Below, one piece after another: positions 26,393 to 36,276 of a stretch of 64,000 bases of DNA. Numbering within the stretch: position 1 is the first letter of the stretch; every line of letters begins with the position of its first letter. Origin of the DNA: Ranitomeya imitator (lineage: Eukaryota); contig NC_091283.1 of assembly GCF_032444005.1 (NCBI RefSeq), positions 45,756,001 through 45,820,000 of the forward strand, written 5' to 3'. The position numbers were made by a program, and so were the translations under genes. The notes under the pieces are model-generated. The model made no database searches and had not been told where the DNA came from. It saw nothing but the letters and a program-made list of their open reading frames with translations.

Positions 26393-26478
26393 TAAGTCTC
26401 CTCATCTCGACATGCTTATCATGTCACTCTCCGCAAGGAGAAACGATACTTCTTGGATAACAGTCAGACGCCTCTCAA

Positions 26479-26557
26479 CCAAACCAGATCTCCACTTTGC
26501 ACTGACGAGGGGCAGTACCCCGAAACACAGTGTCTGCAAATTGAGATTCTGGTTTGG
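26479..26557 (+). ncRNA. Type I hammerhead ribozyme
   Basis: Stem I TTTGCA/TGCAAA (extended by CCAAACCAGA/TCTGGTTTGG), CTGACGA at 26502-26508, stem II GGGG-cagta-CCCC, GAAA at 26522-26525, palindromic stem III ACAC-A-GTGT. GUC cleavage after 26534. Confidence 0.9.
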
Positions 26558-27706
26558 CTATTATCCTAAGTCATGTGACAAGGCTCATTAAAGGGTTGAC
26601 ATTGACTTGTAGGATTGCTACCTTCCAATAGGTGGCACTAGAGTTCTAGTTCTCTTCCTCTTTGAAGAGACAATTTGCATAATTAGAAAGAAACCACAGT
26701 AGTTTGACAATAAATGGCTTCACAAGAAATAAACCAAAAAACAATTGAAACGGAGCATATAACTGTTTGTCAACCAGAAAGAACCAAGAAGAAATGCCCC
26801 TAAAATATAACTTTTATTCTATTAGGTAAAAATGACCTAAAAATGGTCAGGAGACAGAAGTTAATCTTAACAATATAACTTAACACTAAAAAGCATAGAG
26901 GTATATAAAGTGAGGGGGTGCTCTTTCCCTTCCTCACCCTACCTTACCGCGGAGGTTGGCACCCTAAATTCGACATGGCGCCCCCACTCGACGACGGCTC
27001 TCCCTTAAGACCCTAAGGGGGACTAACAAAGAAACACCATCGCCAACACCAGTATAATTAAAGTGCTAATGTGCTTTAAAAGTGCTAAATAAACACCTGC
27101 ATAGGTATATACCAATATTTTGATATACCAGTTTTTCCCTTTCGCCACGACAGCACCCCACTGGAGAGAGGGATCCGCCCCGCAGGAACAGGAAACCTAC
27201 CGAGAAATAAAAGGGGGCGGTCCGCCTCTCCTCCTCAGTTTAGGTTTCCTGTTCCTGCGGGAACAATCCAGGAACGACAGGACTACAGGACATACCTGGG
27301 CTAGCATGCCGCCTGCGCGGTATCCTTGAGAACGGCAGGGGCTGCAGCTCAGAAGCAGCGTCGGGGGAGTTACGTTAGACGGCTCCCTCCTCAGCTGGTG
27401 GATGGAGCAGACGGCCGGGTCCGGGGAGGGCCGCCCGGCGTCTTCTCCGGCGTGCGGTGCGGCAAGGAGCCGGGTAAGAGAATCTCCATTGCGGTCCGGT
27501 GCTGAATCCCGGACCGCGCATGCGCCGACCGCCGCAATACTGGCTACCCCGGAACTGAAGGAGTCACTTCCGGGGCGCCTAGGCCGGATCTGGGGCGGGG
27601 GAGCCAGCGGCAACCCGCGCATGCGCATTGCGCAGCGGGGAAAAAAAAAAAAAAAAGAGGAAAAAGGGCGCACTATTTAAAAACGCCCAGAAACAATAAT
27701 GCGGCG

Positions 27707-29170
27707 ATGCAGAGATGTCATCCCCAGGTGCCATGGACCCCACAGCTGGAGATCCAGTGCCCCCCACCAAAGATCACACCAAAGGATCCTCGGAGTCCGC
27801 TCGTAAGAGTGACGGTTCCAGAACAGGATCTCGGCCTTCTGATCCGGTACTATTCGCTTCACTGGGTGAGTGTTTAAACTCTGCCTATTAAGCTGACGCT
27901 GTCTCCCTATTTCTCTCTCTTTTCTCTCTCTCTCGCTACTTATTACGCCCAGTCTAAAAAACGACAAAAGTCCAAGCATAAGGAATGTGCCTTGTGTAGC
28001 CAGCCCCTTCCGGACTCATACCCCAAAAAACTGTGCAAAGACTGTTTCAAGGAAACAACTCAAGGAGCGACAGTGTCCGTTACGGACTTACGGGCCATTA
28101 TTAGAGAGGAGCTTAAAAATATGACCCAGGAAATACCGCGTAAAGCTAAGTCCAAAACACCAACACTTCTGTCAGACTCCGAAAGTGACCAGACGGTACT
28201 GTCAGAAGCCTCCCTATCATCATCATCATCTTCCTCAGAAATTGAGGGGCGTTCATGTTTCCCCTTAGACAGTGTGGACAACTTGGTAAAATCAATCCGC
28301 AATACCATGGGGTGTGAGGAGGTAAAGGGTGCGCAAACCACGCAGGAAATTATGTTTGCGGGTTTGGCAGAGAGAAAGAGGAGATGTTTTCCGGTTATAC
28401 CAGCGGTGAAAGCATTAATTAAAAGAGAGTGGGAGAAGCAGGATCAAAGAAGCTTTTTGCCCTCCGCGTCTAAACGTAAATATCCGTTTAGTGATGAGGA
28501 GCTCCTTACATGGACCAAAGTGCCTAAGGTCGATGCAGCCGTAGCTTCTACCTCCAAGCAATCCACTCTGCCTGTGGAGGATGCGGGACTTCTGGTCGAT
28601 CCATTAGATCGCAAAGCTGAATCATCCCTTAAGCGATCTTGGGAGGCGGCTACAGGAATTTTTAAACCTGCAGTAGCCAGCACCTGCGCTGCCCGGTCAA
28701 TGATCATTTGGATTGATCAGTTGGACCAGCAGATCGAAAATAAAGTTTCGAGAGAGAAACTTAGAGCGGCCATCCCCTTAATACGTGGAGCAGCAGCTTT
28801 TATGGCGGACGCATCTGCCGACTCGCTTCGGTTAGCAGCGAGATCCGCAGGTCTTGTGAACAATGCAAGACGCGCACTTTGGATGAAAAGTTGGAAAGGG
28901 GACGCGCAGTCTAAATCCAAAATATGCGCAATCCCATGCGAGGGTGAGTACCTCTTTGGCAAGACCTTAGATGAGATACTCAAAAAGGCAAAGGACAGGA
29001 AGAAAGCTTTCCCTGATTCCTCTATTCCCTTTTACAGGAGAGCCTTTAAGAGGAGACCGTTTGGTAAAAGGAGGCAAACGGATAGGTCTACAACATGGAC
29101 TGCTAAAGAGGACAGGCAAAGAGGTACCATGTTTAGAAGACCCAACCCCCCAAAAGACAATAAATTCTGA
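27707..29170 (+). CDS. DIRS gag (predicted spliced: 27707-27865 + 27953-29170, 458 aa)
   Basis: Open frame with CALC-x12-CKDC, PKVDAAV, DPLDRK, RRALW, GEYLFG. No in-frame ATG before the zinc finger unless the 87-nt GT-AG intron (in-frame TAA at 27875) is removed. Confidence 0.75.
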
Positions 29171-31061
29171 GGATATACCAGTAGGGGGCAGACTGAAATT
29201 TTTCGCCACACAATGGGAAAAAGTAACATCTAGCTCGTGGGTTTTAAACATCATCCGAGATGGAATTAAACTACAATTCTCTCGTGTTCCCCACGAGTCA
29301 TATATTATAACATCCCTCAGCTCGCCCGCACAACAGCAGGCTCTAGAGCTAGAAATTCAAACCCTATTATCAAAGCGGGTTTTAGTCCAAGTCCCCGAGG
29401 GACAGGAAGGCAGAGGATTCTACTCTCCCTTATTCCTGATTTCTAAACCCGACGGTTCTTTCAGGACCATCATAAACCTTAAAAAGCTCAATTCATTTGT
29501 TAAAAACCATACATTTAAGATGGAATCCATTAGATCCACTATAAAACTCCTCTTTCCAAACTGTATGATGGGGGGCATTGATTTGAAAGATGCTTATTAT
29601 CATCTCCCTATCCATGACCGATACCAAAAGTACCTCAGAGTAGCAGTGACAATCAACGGCGAGATTCATCATTTCCAATATACAGCCATGCCCTTCGGCC
29701 TTTCAACAGCACCGAGGATCTTTACCAAGATAATGCTAGAGGTGATGGCCTACCTTCGCCAAAAAGAAACCTTAATTGTTCCCTATCTGGATGACTTTTT
29801 GGTCATTGGAAATTCAGTTACTCAATGTGCTGATCGTTTGGCTCATGCAATTTCCTCTCTACAGGGTTTAGGCTGGATAATCAATACCAACAAATCCAGA
29901 CTCACTCCGCTATCCTGCCAGGCGTTCTTGGGGTTCCATCTAGACTCCGTATCTCAAAAGTGTCTCCTGCCTCAGGTAAAAATACTACTGATCAAACACA
30001 AAGTCCTAGCGGCGATAAACAATCCACGTATATCCCTAAGACAAGCTATGTCCTTACTAGGATCTCTTATCTCTTGTATACCTGCGGTAAAATGGGCTCA
30101 ACATCATACCCGTACACTGCAACACCAGATTTTACAAGAAGATAGACGGTTATCTGGTCACCTAAATGTGAAAATAACCTTATCTCAGGAAGTTTTAACT
30201 TCCTTAACGTGGTGGCTGAATTCAGACCATTTAATGAGTGGTGTTCCATGGATAATAACACCATCTCATACCATAACCACGGACGCCAGTTCTCATGGAT
30301 GGGGCGCTCATATGGGGAATGATTTTTGCCAAGGGCTTTGGAACATGGAGGAAAGCTGCTATTCCTCTAATGTTAAAGAATTAAATGCAGTAAAATACGC
30401 CTTATGCCATTTTCTCCCACAGCTACGAGGGAAAGACGTCAGAATCCTTTCCGACAACACCACCACAGTGGCGTATCTAAACAGGCAAGGAGGCACGCGA
30501 TCAGAGACTCTGATGTCTTCTGCTACAGAAATCCTGAATCTAGCAGAAAGTCACCTAACATCCCTTACTGCACTGCATATAAGAGGGGAAAACAACCAGC
30601 AGGCAGACTTCTTAAGTCGACACACCTTGAAACAAGGAGAGTGGTGCCTAAACCAGCAGATTTTTCGGGATATAGTATCCCTATGGGGTCAACCTCAAGT
30701 AGATCTCTTCGCCACAAGAAGAAACAAAAAAGTCCGGAAATTTGCCTCCCTATCTCTAGCAGATCATCCGGACATTCTGGACGCTCTCCAAGCCCCTTGG
30801 CAGTTCAGTCTAGCATATGCTTTTCCGCCGATCATACTGCTGCCCCAAGTCATTCGCAAAATCAGAACCGAAGGAGCGAGGGTGATACTAATAGCTCCAT
30901 TCTGGCCCAAGAGACCATGGTTCTCGTGGCTGCAAACCATGTCGGTCTCAGATCCTTGGGTCCTCCCCTCAACACCCAATCTTCTCTTCCAGGGTCCGTT
31001 TTTCCACCCTCAAGTGGACAGTCTACATCTCACGGCCTGGAATTTGAGAGGCAGATGCTAA
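28971..31061 (+). CDS. DIRS pol: reverse transcriptase, RNase H, methyltransferase-like domain
   Basis: 696-aa uninterrupted ORF: IDLKDAYYH, MPFGL, YLDD, TDAS..GWG, KELNAV, SDNTTTVAYLNRQGG, ADFLSR, VDLFAT, YAFPP. Confidence 0.95.
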   Translation: MRYSKRQRTGRKLSLIPLFPFTGEPLRGDRLVKGGKRIGLQHGLLKRTGKEVPCLEDPTPQKTINSEDIPVGGRLKFFATQWEKVTSSSWVLNIIRDGIKLQFSRVPHESYIITSLSSPAQQQALELEIQTLLSKRVLVQVPEGQEGRGFYSPLFLISKPDGSFRTIINLKKLNSFVKNHTFKMESIRSTIKLLFPNCMMGGIDLKDAYYHLPIHDRYQKYLRVAVTINGEIHHFQYTAMPFGLSTAPRIFTKIMLEVMAYLRQKETLIVPYLDDFLVIGNSVTQCADRLAHAISSLQGLGWIINTNKSRLTPLSCQAFLGFHLDSVSQKCLLPQVKILLIKHKVLAAINNPRISLRQAMSLLGSLISCIPAVKWAQHHTRTLQHQILQEDRRLSGHLNVKITLSQEVLTSLTWWLNSDHLMSGVPWIITPSHTITTDASSHGWGAHMGNDFCQGLWNMEESCYSSNVKELNAVKYALCHFLPQLRGKDVRILSDNTTTVAYLNRQGGTRSETLMSSATEILNLAESHLTSLTALHIRGENNQQADFLSRHTLKQGEWCLNQQIFRDIVSLWGQPQVDLFATRRNKKVRKFASLSLADHPDILDALQAPWQFSLAYAFPPIILLPQVIRKIRTEGARVILIAPFWPKRPWFSWLQTMSVSDPWVLPSTPNLLFQGPFFHPQVDSLHLTAWNLRGRC

Positions 31062-32072
31062 AATCAAGGGGGTTCTCAGAGGGATTGATAAACACGCTCC
31101 TCCAGAGTAGAAAACCTTCCACTACAAAAATTTACACAAAAATATGGAAGAAATTCCTACAATTCCATACATCTTCAAACACCTCAGAAATTCCGATACA
31201 GTCTATCCTGGAATTTCTTCAAAAAGGGAGAGAACTAGGTTTAACTGCAAACACCTTAAAAGTTCATGTTTCAGCACTAGGAGCTCTCTATGGCCATAAC
31301 ATTGCGGGGAATAGATGGGTATCCCGATTTATTACAGCCTGTGAACGGATAAATCCAGTTAATATACCTAGAGTTCCTCCCTGGGATCTAAACTTAGTTT
31401 TACAAGCCCTAACAGACTCTCCATTCGAAACCAATAGATTCAATACCAATCAAGATCCTATCACTAAAAACGGCCCTCTTGGTAGCACTGACTTCAGCCA
31501 GGAGAATCAGTGACATCCAAGCACTCTCTATAGATCCACCCTTCCTGCTAACTTTTCAGGATAAGTTGGTCCTTAAACCAGACCCTTCCTACCTTCCCAA
31601 AGTAGCTAAGACATTCCATAGGTCTCAGGAAATAATCTTGCCCACTTTCTTCAGTAATCCTTCCACTCCTGAAGAACAAAAGTACCACACTCTAGATGTT
31701 AAAAGAGTAGTGTTAAAGTACATTGAAAGAACCTGTAGCTGGCGACAGTGTAGGGCTCTGTTTATTTCCTTCCAGGGTCACAAGAAGGGTCATGGAATAA
31801 CGAAAAGCACGTTATCCCGGTGGATCAGAGAGTCTATCAGACTGGCCTATTCCGCGAGTAAAGAAAACCCTCCGGAAGGCATAACAGCGCACTCTACCAG
31901 AGCTATGGCATCCTCCTGGGCAGAAAGGGGAGAGGTCCCAATTGAGACTATATGTAAGGCGGCAACTTGGTCAAATCCCTCTACATTCTATGATCACTAT
32001 AGGCTTGACCTATCGTCAACTTCTGACCTAGACTTTGGCAGGACTGTCCTCAGCACGGTGGTCCCCCCCTAG
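30404..32072 (+). pseudogene. DIRS tyrosine recombinase with a single +1 frameshift
   Basis: SARRISD, HSTR, W and HYRL catalytic motifs. Removing one A at 31428-31430 restores PFEPIDSIPIKILSLKTALLVALTSARR. The conserved part starts near ATG 31055. Confidence 0.9.
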
Positions 32073-32091
32073 GTGATGGTCTCTGTAAGAT

Positions 32092-32175
32092 CTCCAGTGG
32101 GGTGCTGTCGTGGCGAAAGGGAAAAAGCCGGATTACTCACCGGTAATACTCTTTTAGTGAGTCCACGACAGCACC
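32092..32175 (+). other. DIRS internal complementary region (ICR)
   Basis: CTCCAGTGGGGTGCTGTCGTGGCGAAAGGGAAAAA is complementary to the element 5' end; GCCGGATTACTCACCGG...GTCCACGACAGCACC is complementary to the 3' end. Confidence 0.92.
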
Positions 32176-32897
32176 CTCTTATATCCCTCCCTATATTAAT
32201 ATAGTACTTACTATTGAGTAAAATTCTTTTAATCATATATGAGCAAATAAGTTTGAAAATGAAATAAATTATATTTGCCTAATACTGGCGGTCCTCCGGG
32301 TACTCTGAAATCAAAACTGAGGAGGAGAGGCGGACCGCCCCCTTTTATTTCTCGGTAGGTTTCCTGTTCCTGCGGGGCGGATCCCTCTCTCCAGTGGGCT
32401 GCTGTCGTGGACTCACTAAAAGAGTATTACCGGTGAGTAATCCGGCTTTTTTCTTTTTTTCAGGATTCCTTTTAGTATGAATCCTGATGCCTTTTTAACT
32501 AAGGTGCAGCTGTGAGCAGAGATATATGGAATAGTATTTTAGCAATAGGCTTACTAATTGTGCCGTATCTTAAATCATTACATATCACCTCATAGTAGAG
32601 ATGCAAAAGAATTCAAGCAGTGAGGAGTAGCATTCCCAAAGAGGTGTATTAATGGAGTATATCAACAACACATCTCAGACCTCTCACTATAGCCAATAGA
32701 CATAAGACACACTGCTCCTGGTCAAATCAATAGTCAAATTGCCAGGTGTCATCAGTCACAGAGTGTCCATTAAAAACATTCACATTTGCTGAATAAATCA
32801 TTCCTTAGTTATATGCCATATTTAGAAAAAAATGCAGGGATATAATTGATCCATAATCAGACCGTGGTCATAGAAAAAAAATTAGTACAGGTAGTAC

Positions 32898-33426
32898 AGC
32901 GATGTCTTCACTGGTAACCAGGGTAAACATCGGGTTACTAAGAGCAGGGCCGCGCTTAGTAACCCGATGTTTACCCTGGTTACCATTGTAAATGTAAAAA
33001 AAAAAAAAAAAAACACATACTTACATTCCGGTGTCTGTCGCGTCCCCCGGCGTCAGCTTCCCTGCACTGTCAGCGCCGGCCAGCTGTAAAGTAGAGCACA
33101 GCGGTGACGTCACCGCTCTGCTTTACGACCGGCACTGACACAGTGCAGGGAAGCTGACGCCGGGGGACGCGACAGACACCGGAATGTAAGTATGTAGTGT
33201 TTTTTTTTTTTTTACATTTACAATGGTAACCAGGGTAAACATCGGGTTACTAAGCGCGACCCTGCGCTTAGTAACCCGATGTTTACCCTGGTTACCAGGG
33301 GACTTCGGCATCGTTGGTCGCTGGAGAGCTGTCTGTGTGACAGCTCTCCAGCGACCAAACAGCGACGCTGCAGCGATCGGCATCGTTGTCTATATCGCTG
33401 CAGCGTCGCTTAATGTGATGGTACCT
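32898..33426. mobile_element. 5'-truncated copy of the 25680-26392 Harbinger-type MITE
   Basis: Shares the GGTAACCAGGGTAAACATCGGGTTACTAAG palindromes and right end GTGATGGTACCT|TAA. Confidence 0.8.
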
Positions 33427-34613
33427 TAAGTCCCCCTTAGGGTCTTAAGGGAGAGCCGTCGTCGAGTGGGGGCGCCATGTCGAATTTAGGGTGCCAACCT
33501 CCGCGGTAAGGTAGGGTGAGGAAGGGAAAGAGCACCCCATCACTTTATATACCTCTATCCTTTTTAGTGTTAAGTTATGTTGTTAAGAGTAACTTCTGTC
33601 TCCTGACCCTTTTTAGGTCATTTTTACCTAATAGAATAAAAGTTATATTTTAGGGGCATTTCTTCTTGGTTCTTTCTGGTTGACAAATAAATGGCTTCAC
33701 CCAATCACTAACCAAGAGTGGAGAAAAAGTTTTGGTGTTGTTATTCATAGTCTCTGAAAAAAGGCCAAGAAAGAAAAAATTCTGCCGGGGTGTGTAAACT
33801 TTTGAGCACAACTGTAGATGGAGCAGGGAGCAATGGATTTTGTTTTTGAAGCCCCACGATCATCAACCACCAATGTAACGGAGCCACCAAAAAGTGCAGG
33901 ATGGTGCTGTCTACCACAGCCTGCTCTGGAAGGAGAAGGGTCTGCAATAACCCATTCCTCGTCCCTGTGTGCCACATAGACACAGCGAGGGGCAGGGATC
34001 GGTAGCGCCCCCGTGCTGAAGCTGTGGGAACCACTAGTCGTGCTCCTGGCATCCACCTGGGCAGCCACCATAGGGAAAGCCGGAGCCCAGCCGAGGCGGC
34101 TCCGTTCCCAGAAGAGGAGATCTTGGGGTGCGCAGGAAGGAAGCGGATCCTGGCGGCCACATAACAAGAAGAAATCACTATTAACCGTTGACTGTCCGAT
34201 CCCCTCGCCGGAAAACTAAAAAGAATTGCCCCAACCTAGCCAGAGGAGCCATAGTACGGGTCTGTGCTCAAGAAGAGGAAACATTAAGGTGCAGCGCAAT
34301 GTGCCATGAATCTCGTGTGGTTCTGCACCTAGTGAGTCCAGGCCCCCCGGGGTCACAGCTCCTGGGGCACTTCACACCTCCAGCCTTCACTTACCTGACC
34401 CCATGGCTTTGATCCTCGGGGGCAGGGCCTCCCACTGTATGACTATATAAGCCACCCAGCGTCCACCCTGATGACCCCGCTTCCAGGGTGCACGATGGAC
34501 CCTTATACCAGGGCAGCCCCGGCCACAGCTGCCTTTATGAAGGGTACTAGGGATCTTGGCCTACAGGGCGAGCAGTGACCTGCAGATGTCATACTGCATG
34601 AGGGAGCATGAAA

Positions 34614-35944
34614 GCGGCGCCGTACTGTGTGAACGGGCCTCAGTAGGAGCAGCGCCGTACTGTGTGAACGGGCCTCAGTAGGAGCAGCGCCGTACTGTGT
34701 GAACGGGCCTCAGTAGGAGCGGCGCCGTACTGTGTGAACGGGCCTCAATAGGAGCTGTGCTGTGTGAATGGGCCTCAGTAGGAGCGGCGCTGTACTGTGT
34801 GAACGGGCCTCAGTAGGAGCGGCGCTGTACTGTGTGAACGGGCCTCAGTAGGAGCGGCGCTGTGTGAACGGGCCTCAGTAGGAGCGGCGCTGTACTGTGT
34901 GAACGGGCCTCAGTAGGAACGGCGCTGTGCTGTGTGAATGGGCCTCAGTAGGAGCGGCGCTGTACTGTGTGAACGGGCCTCAGTAGGAGCGGCGCTGTGC
35001 TGTGTGAACGGGCCTCAGTAGGAGCTGCGCTGTACTGTGTGAACGGGCCTCAGTAGGAGCGGCGCTGTACTGTGTGAACGGGCCTCAGTAGGAGCGGCAC
35101 TGTACTGTGTGAACGGGCCTCAGTAGGAGCGGCACTGTACTGTGTGAACGGGCCTCAGTAGGAGCTGCGCTGTACTGTGTGAATGGGCCTCAGTAGGAGC
35201 GGCGCTGTACTGTGTGAACGGGCCTCAGTAGGAGCGGCACTGTACTGTGTGAACGGGCCTCAGTAGGAGCTGCGCTGTACTGTGTGAACGGGCCTCAGTA
35301 GGAGCTGTGCTGTGTGAACGGGCCTCAGTAGGAGCTGCGCTGTACTGTGTGAACGGGCCTCAGTAGGAGCTGTGCTGTGTGAACGGGCCTCAGTAGGAGC
35401 TGTGCTGTGTGAACGGGCCTCAGTAGGAGCTGCGCTGTGCTGTGTGAACGGGCCTCAGTAGGAGCTGCGCTGTACTGTGTGATCGGGCCTCAGTAGGAGC
35501 TGTGCTGTGTGAACGGGCCTCAGTAGGAGCGGCACTGTACTGTGTGAACGGGCCTCAGTAGGAGCGGCACTGTACTGTGTGAACGGGCCTCAGTAGGAGC
35601 TGCGCTGTGCTGTGTGAACGGGCCTCAGTAGGAGCGGCACTGTACTGTGTGAACGGGCCTCAGTAGGAGCGGCGCTGTACTGTGTGAACGGGCCTCAGTA
35701 GGAGCTGCGCTGTGCTGTGTGAACGGGCCTCAGTAGGAGCTGTGCTGTGTGAACGGGCCTCAGTAGGAGCGGCGCTGTACTGTGTGAACGGGCCTCAGTA
35801 GGAGCGGCACTGTACTGTGTGAACGGGCCTCAGTAGGAGCGGCGCTGTACTGTGTGAACGGGCCTCAGTAGGAGCTGCGCTGTGCTGTGTGAACGGGCCT
35901 CAGTAGGAGCGGCGCCGTACTGTGTGAACGGGCCTCAGTAGGAG
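34614..35944. repeat. 30/35-bp minisatellite
   Basis: Unit TGTGTGAACGGGCCTCAGTAGGAGCGGCGCTGTAC. Confidence 0.95.
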
Positions 35945-36276
35945 AACGTCTCTGGACGGGTTGAAGTAGGGGACTTGCTTAGTGTAAAATGTTACAAGAC
36001 GCAGTGCGTCCATCTTTCCTGCCTTTCCTATTTGGGGGTTTGCAGAAATCTGTCAGCACAAGGCATCTTTCGTCCCCATGACGTGTTCACCTCAAATGCG
36101 TTGGATAATAATCCACAGTTCTGCTAATCTCCGGACCCCCGGCAGTGCCGATTTCTACCCACTTGCCTCTTCCTAAGTCCCAGCCTTCTGCCCCTGTCGG
36201 ACTCTTTGCCGTGTTTTCTCAGTGTGATGTGTTGTGTGGTCGCGGTTACATTTGTTCTTCTTTCCTGCTGTTTCAG

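Larger units (their letters stand above)
24749..26686. mobile_element. Hammerhead-bearing ~325-nt repeat (retrozyme/satellite-2-like), inverted array
   Basis: About 1.1 monomers on - (24752-25574) and 1.25 on + (25571-26686). Period 328 and 320 nt after removing MITEs. TTAGAAAGA duplicated at 24740-24748 and 26683-26691. Confidence 0.8.
27132..32452 (+). mobile_element. DIRS1-type tyrosine-recombinase retrotransposon, near full-length
   Basis: Left ITR 27132-27241, gag, RT/RNaseH/MT, YR, ICR 32092-32175, right ITR 32314-32452; T-run termini; no TSD. Confidence 0.95.
26724..33685. mobile_element. Penelope-like (inferred) inverted insertion hosting the DIRS
   Basis: ~260-bp inverted copies at 26768-27023 and 33430-33687 (AATAAAAGTTATATTTT tail). 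15-bp duplication AATAAATGGCTTCAC at 26709-26723 and 33686-33700. No ORF seen, so the family assignment is an inference. Confidence 0.55.
23215..33814 (+). mobile_element. Tc1 element expanded by nested insertions
   Basis: Transposase at 23338-24678. The 3' UTR resumes at 26683-26723 and again at 33686, ending ...AAACTTTTGAGCACAACTG|TA at 33814. 5' TIR not seen; left boundary approximate. Confidence 0.8.

Noticed and set aside
32749-32755. CTGATGA on the minus strand followed by a stem
   Set aside because: No GAAA or stem I/III in the right places, so not a hammerhead.
33741-34412. Short ORFs after the Tc1 end, possibly a LINE relic
   Set aside because: No identifiable RT or endonuclease motif.
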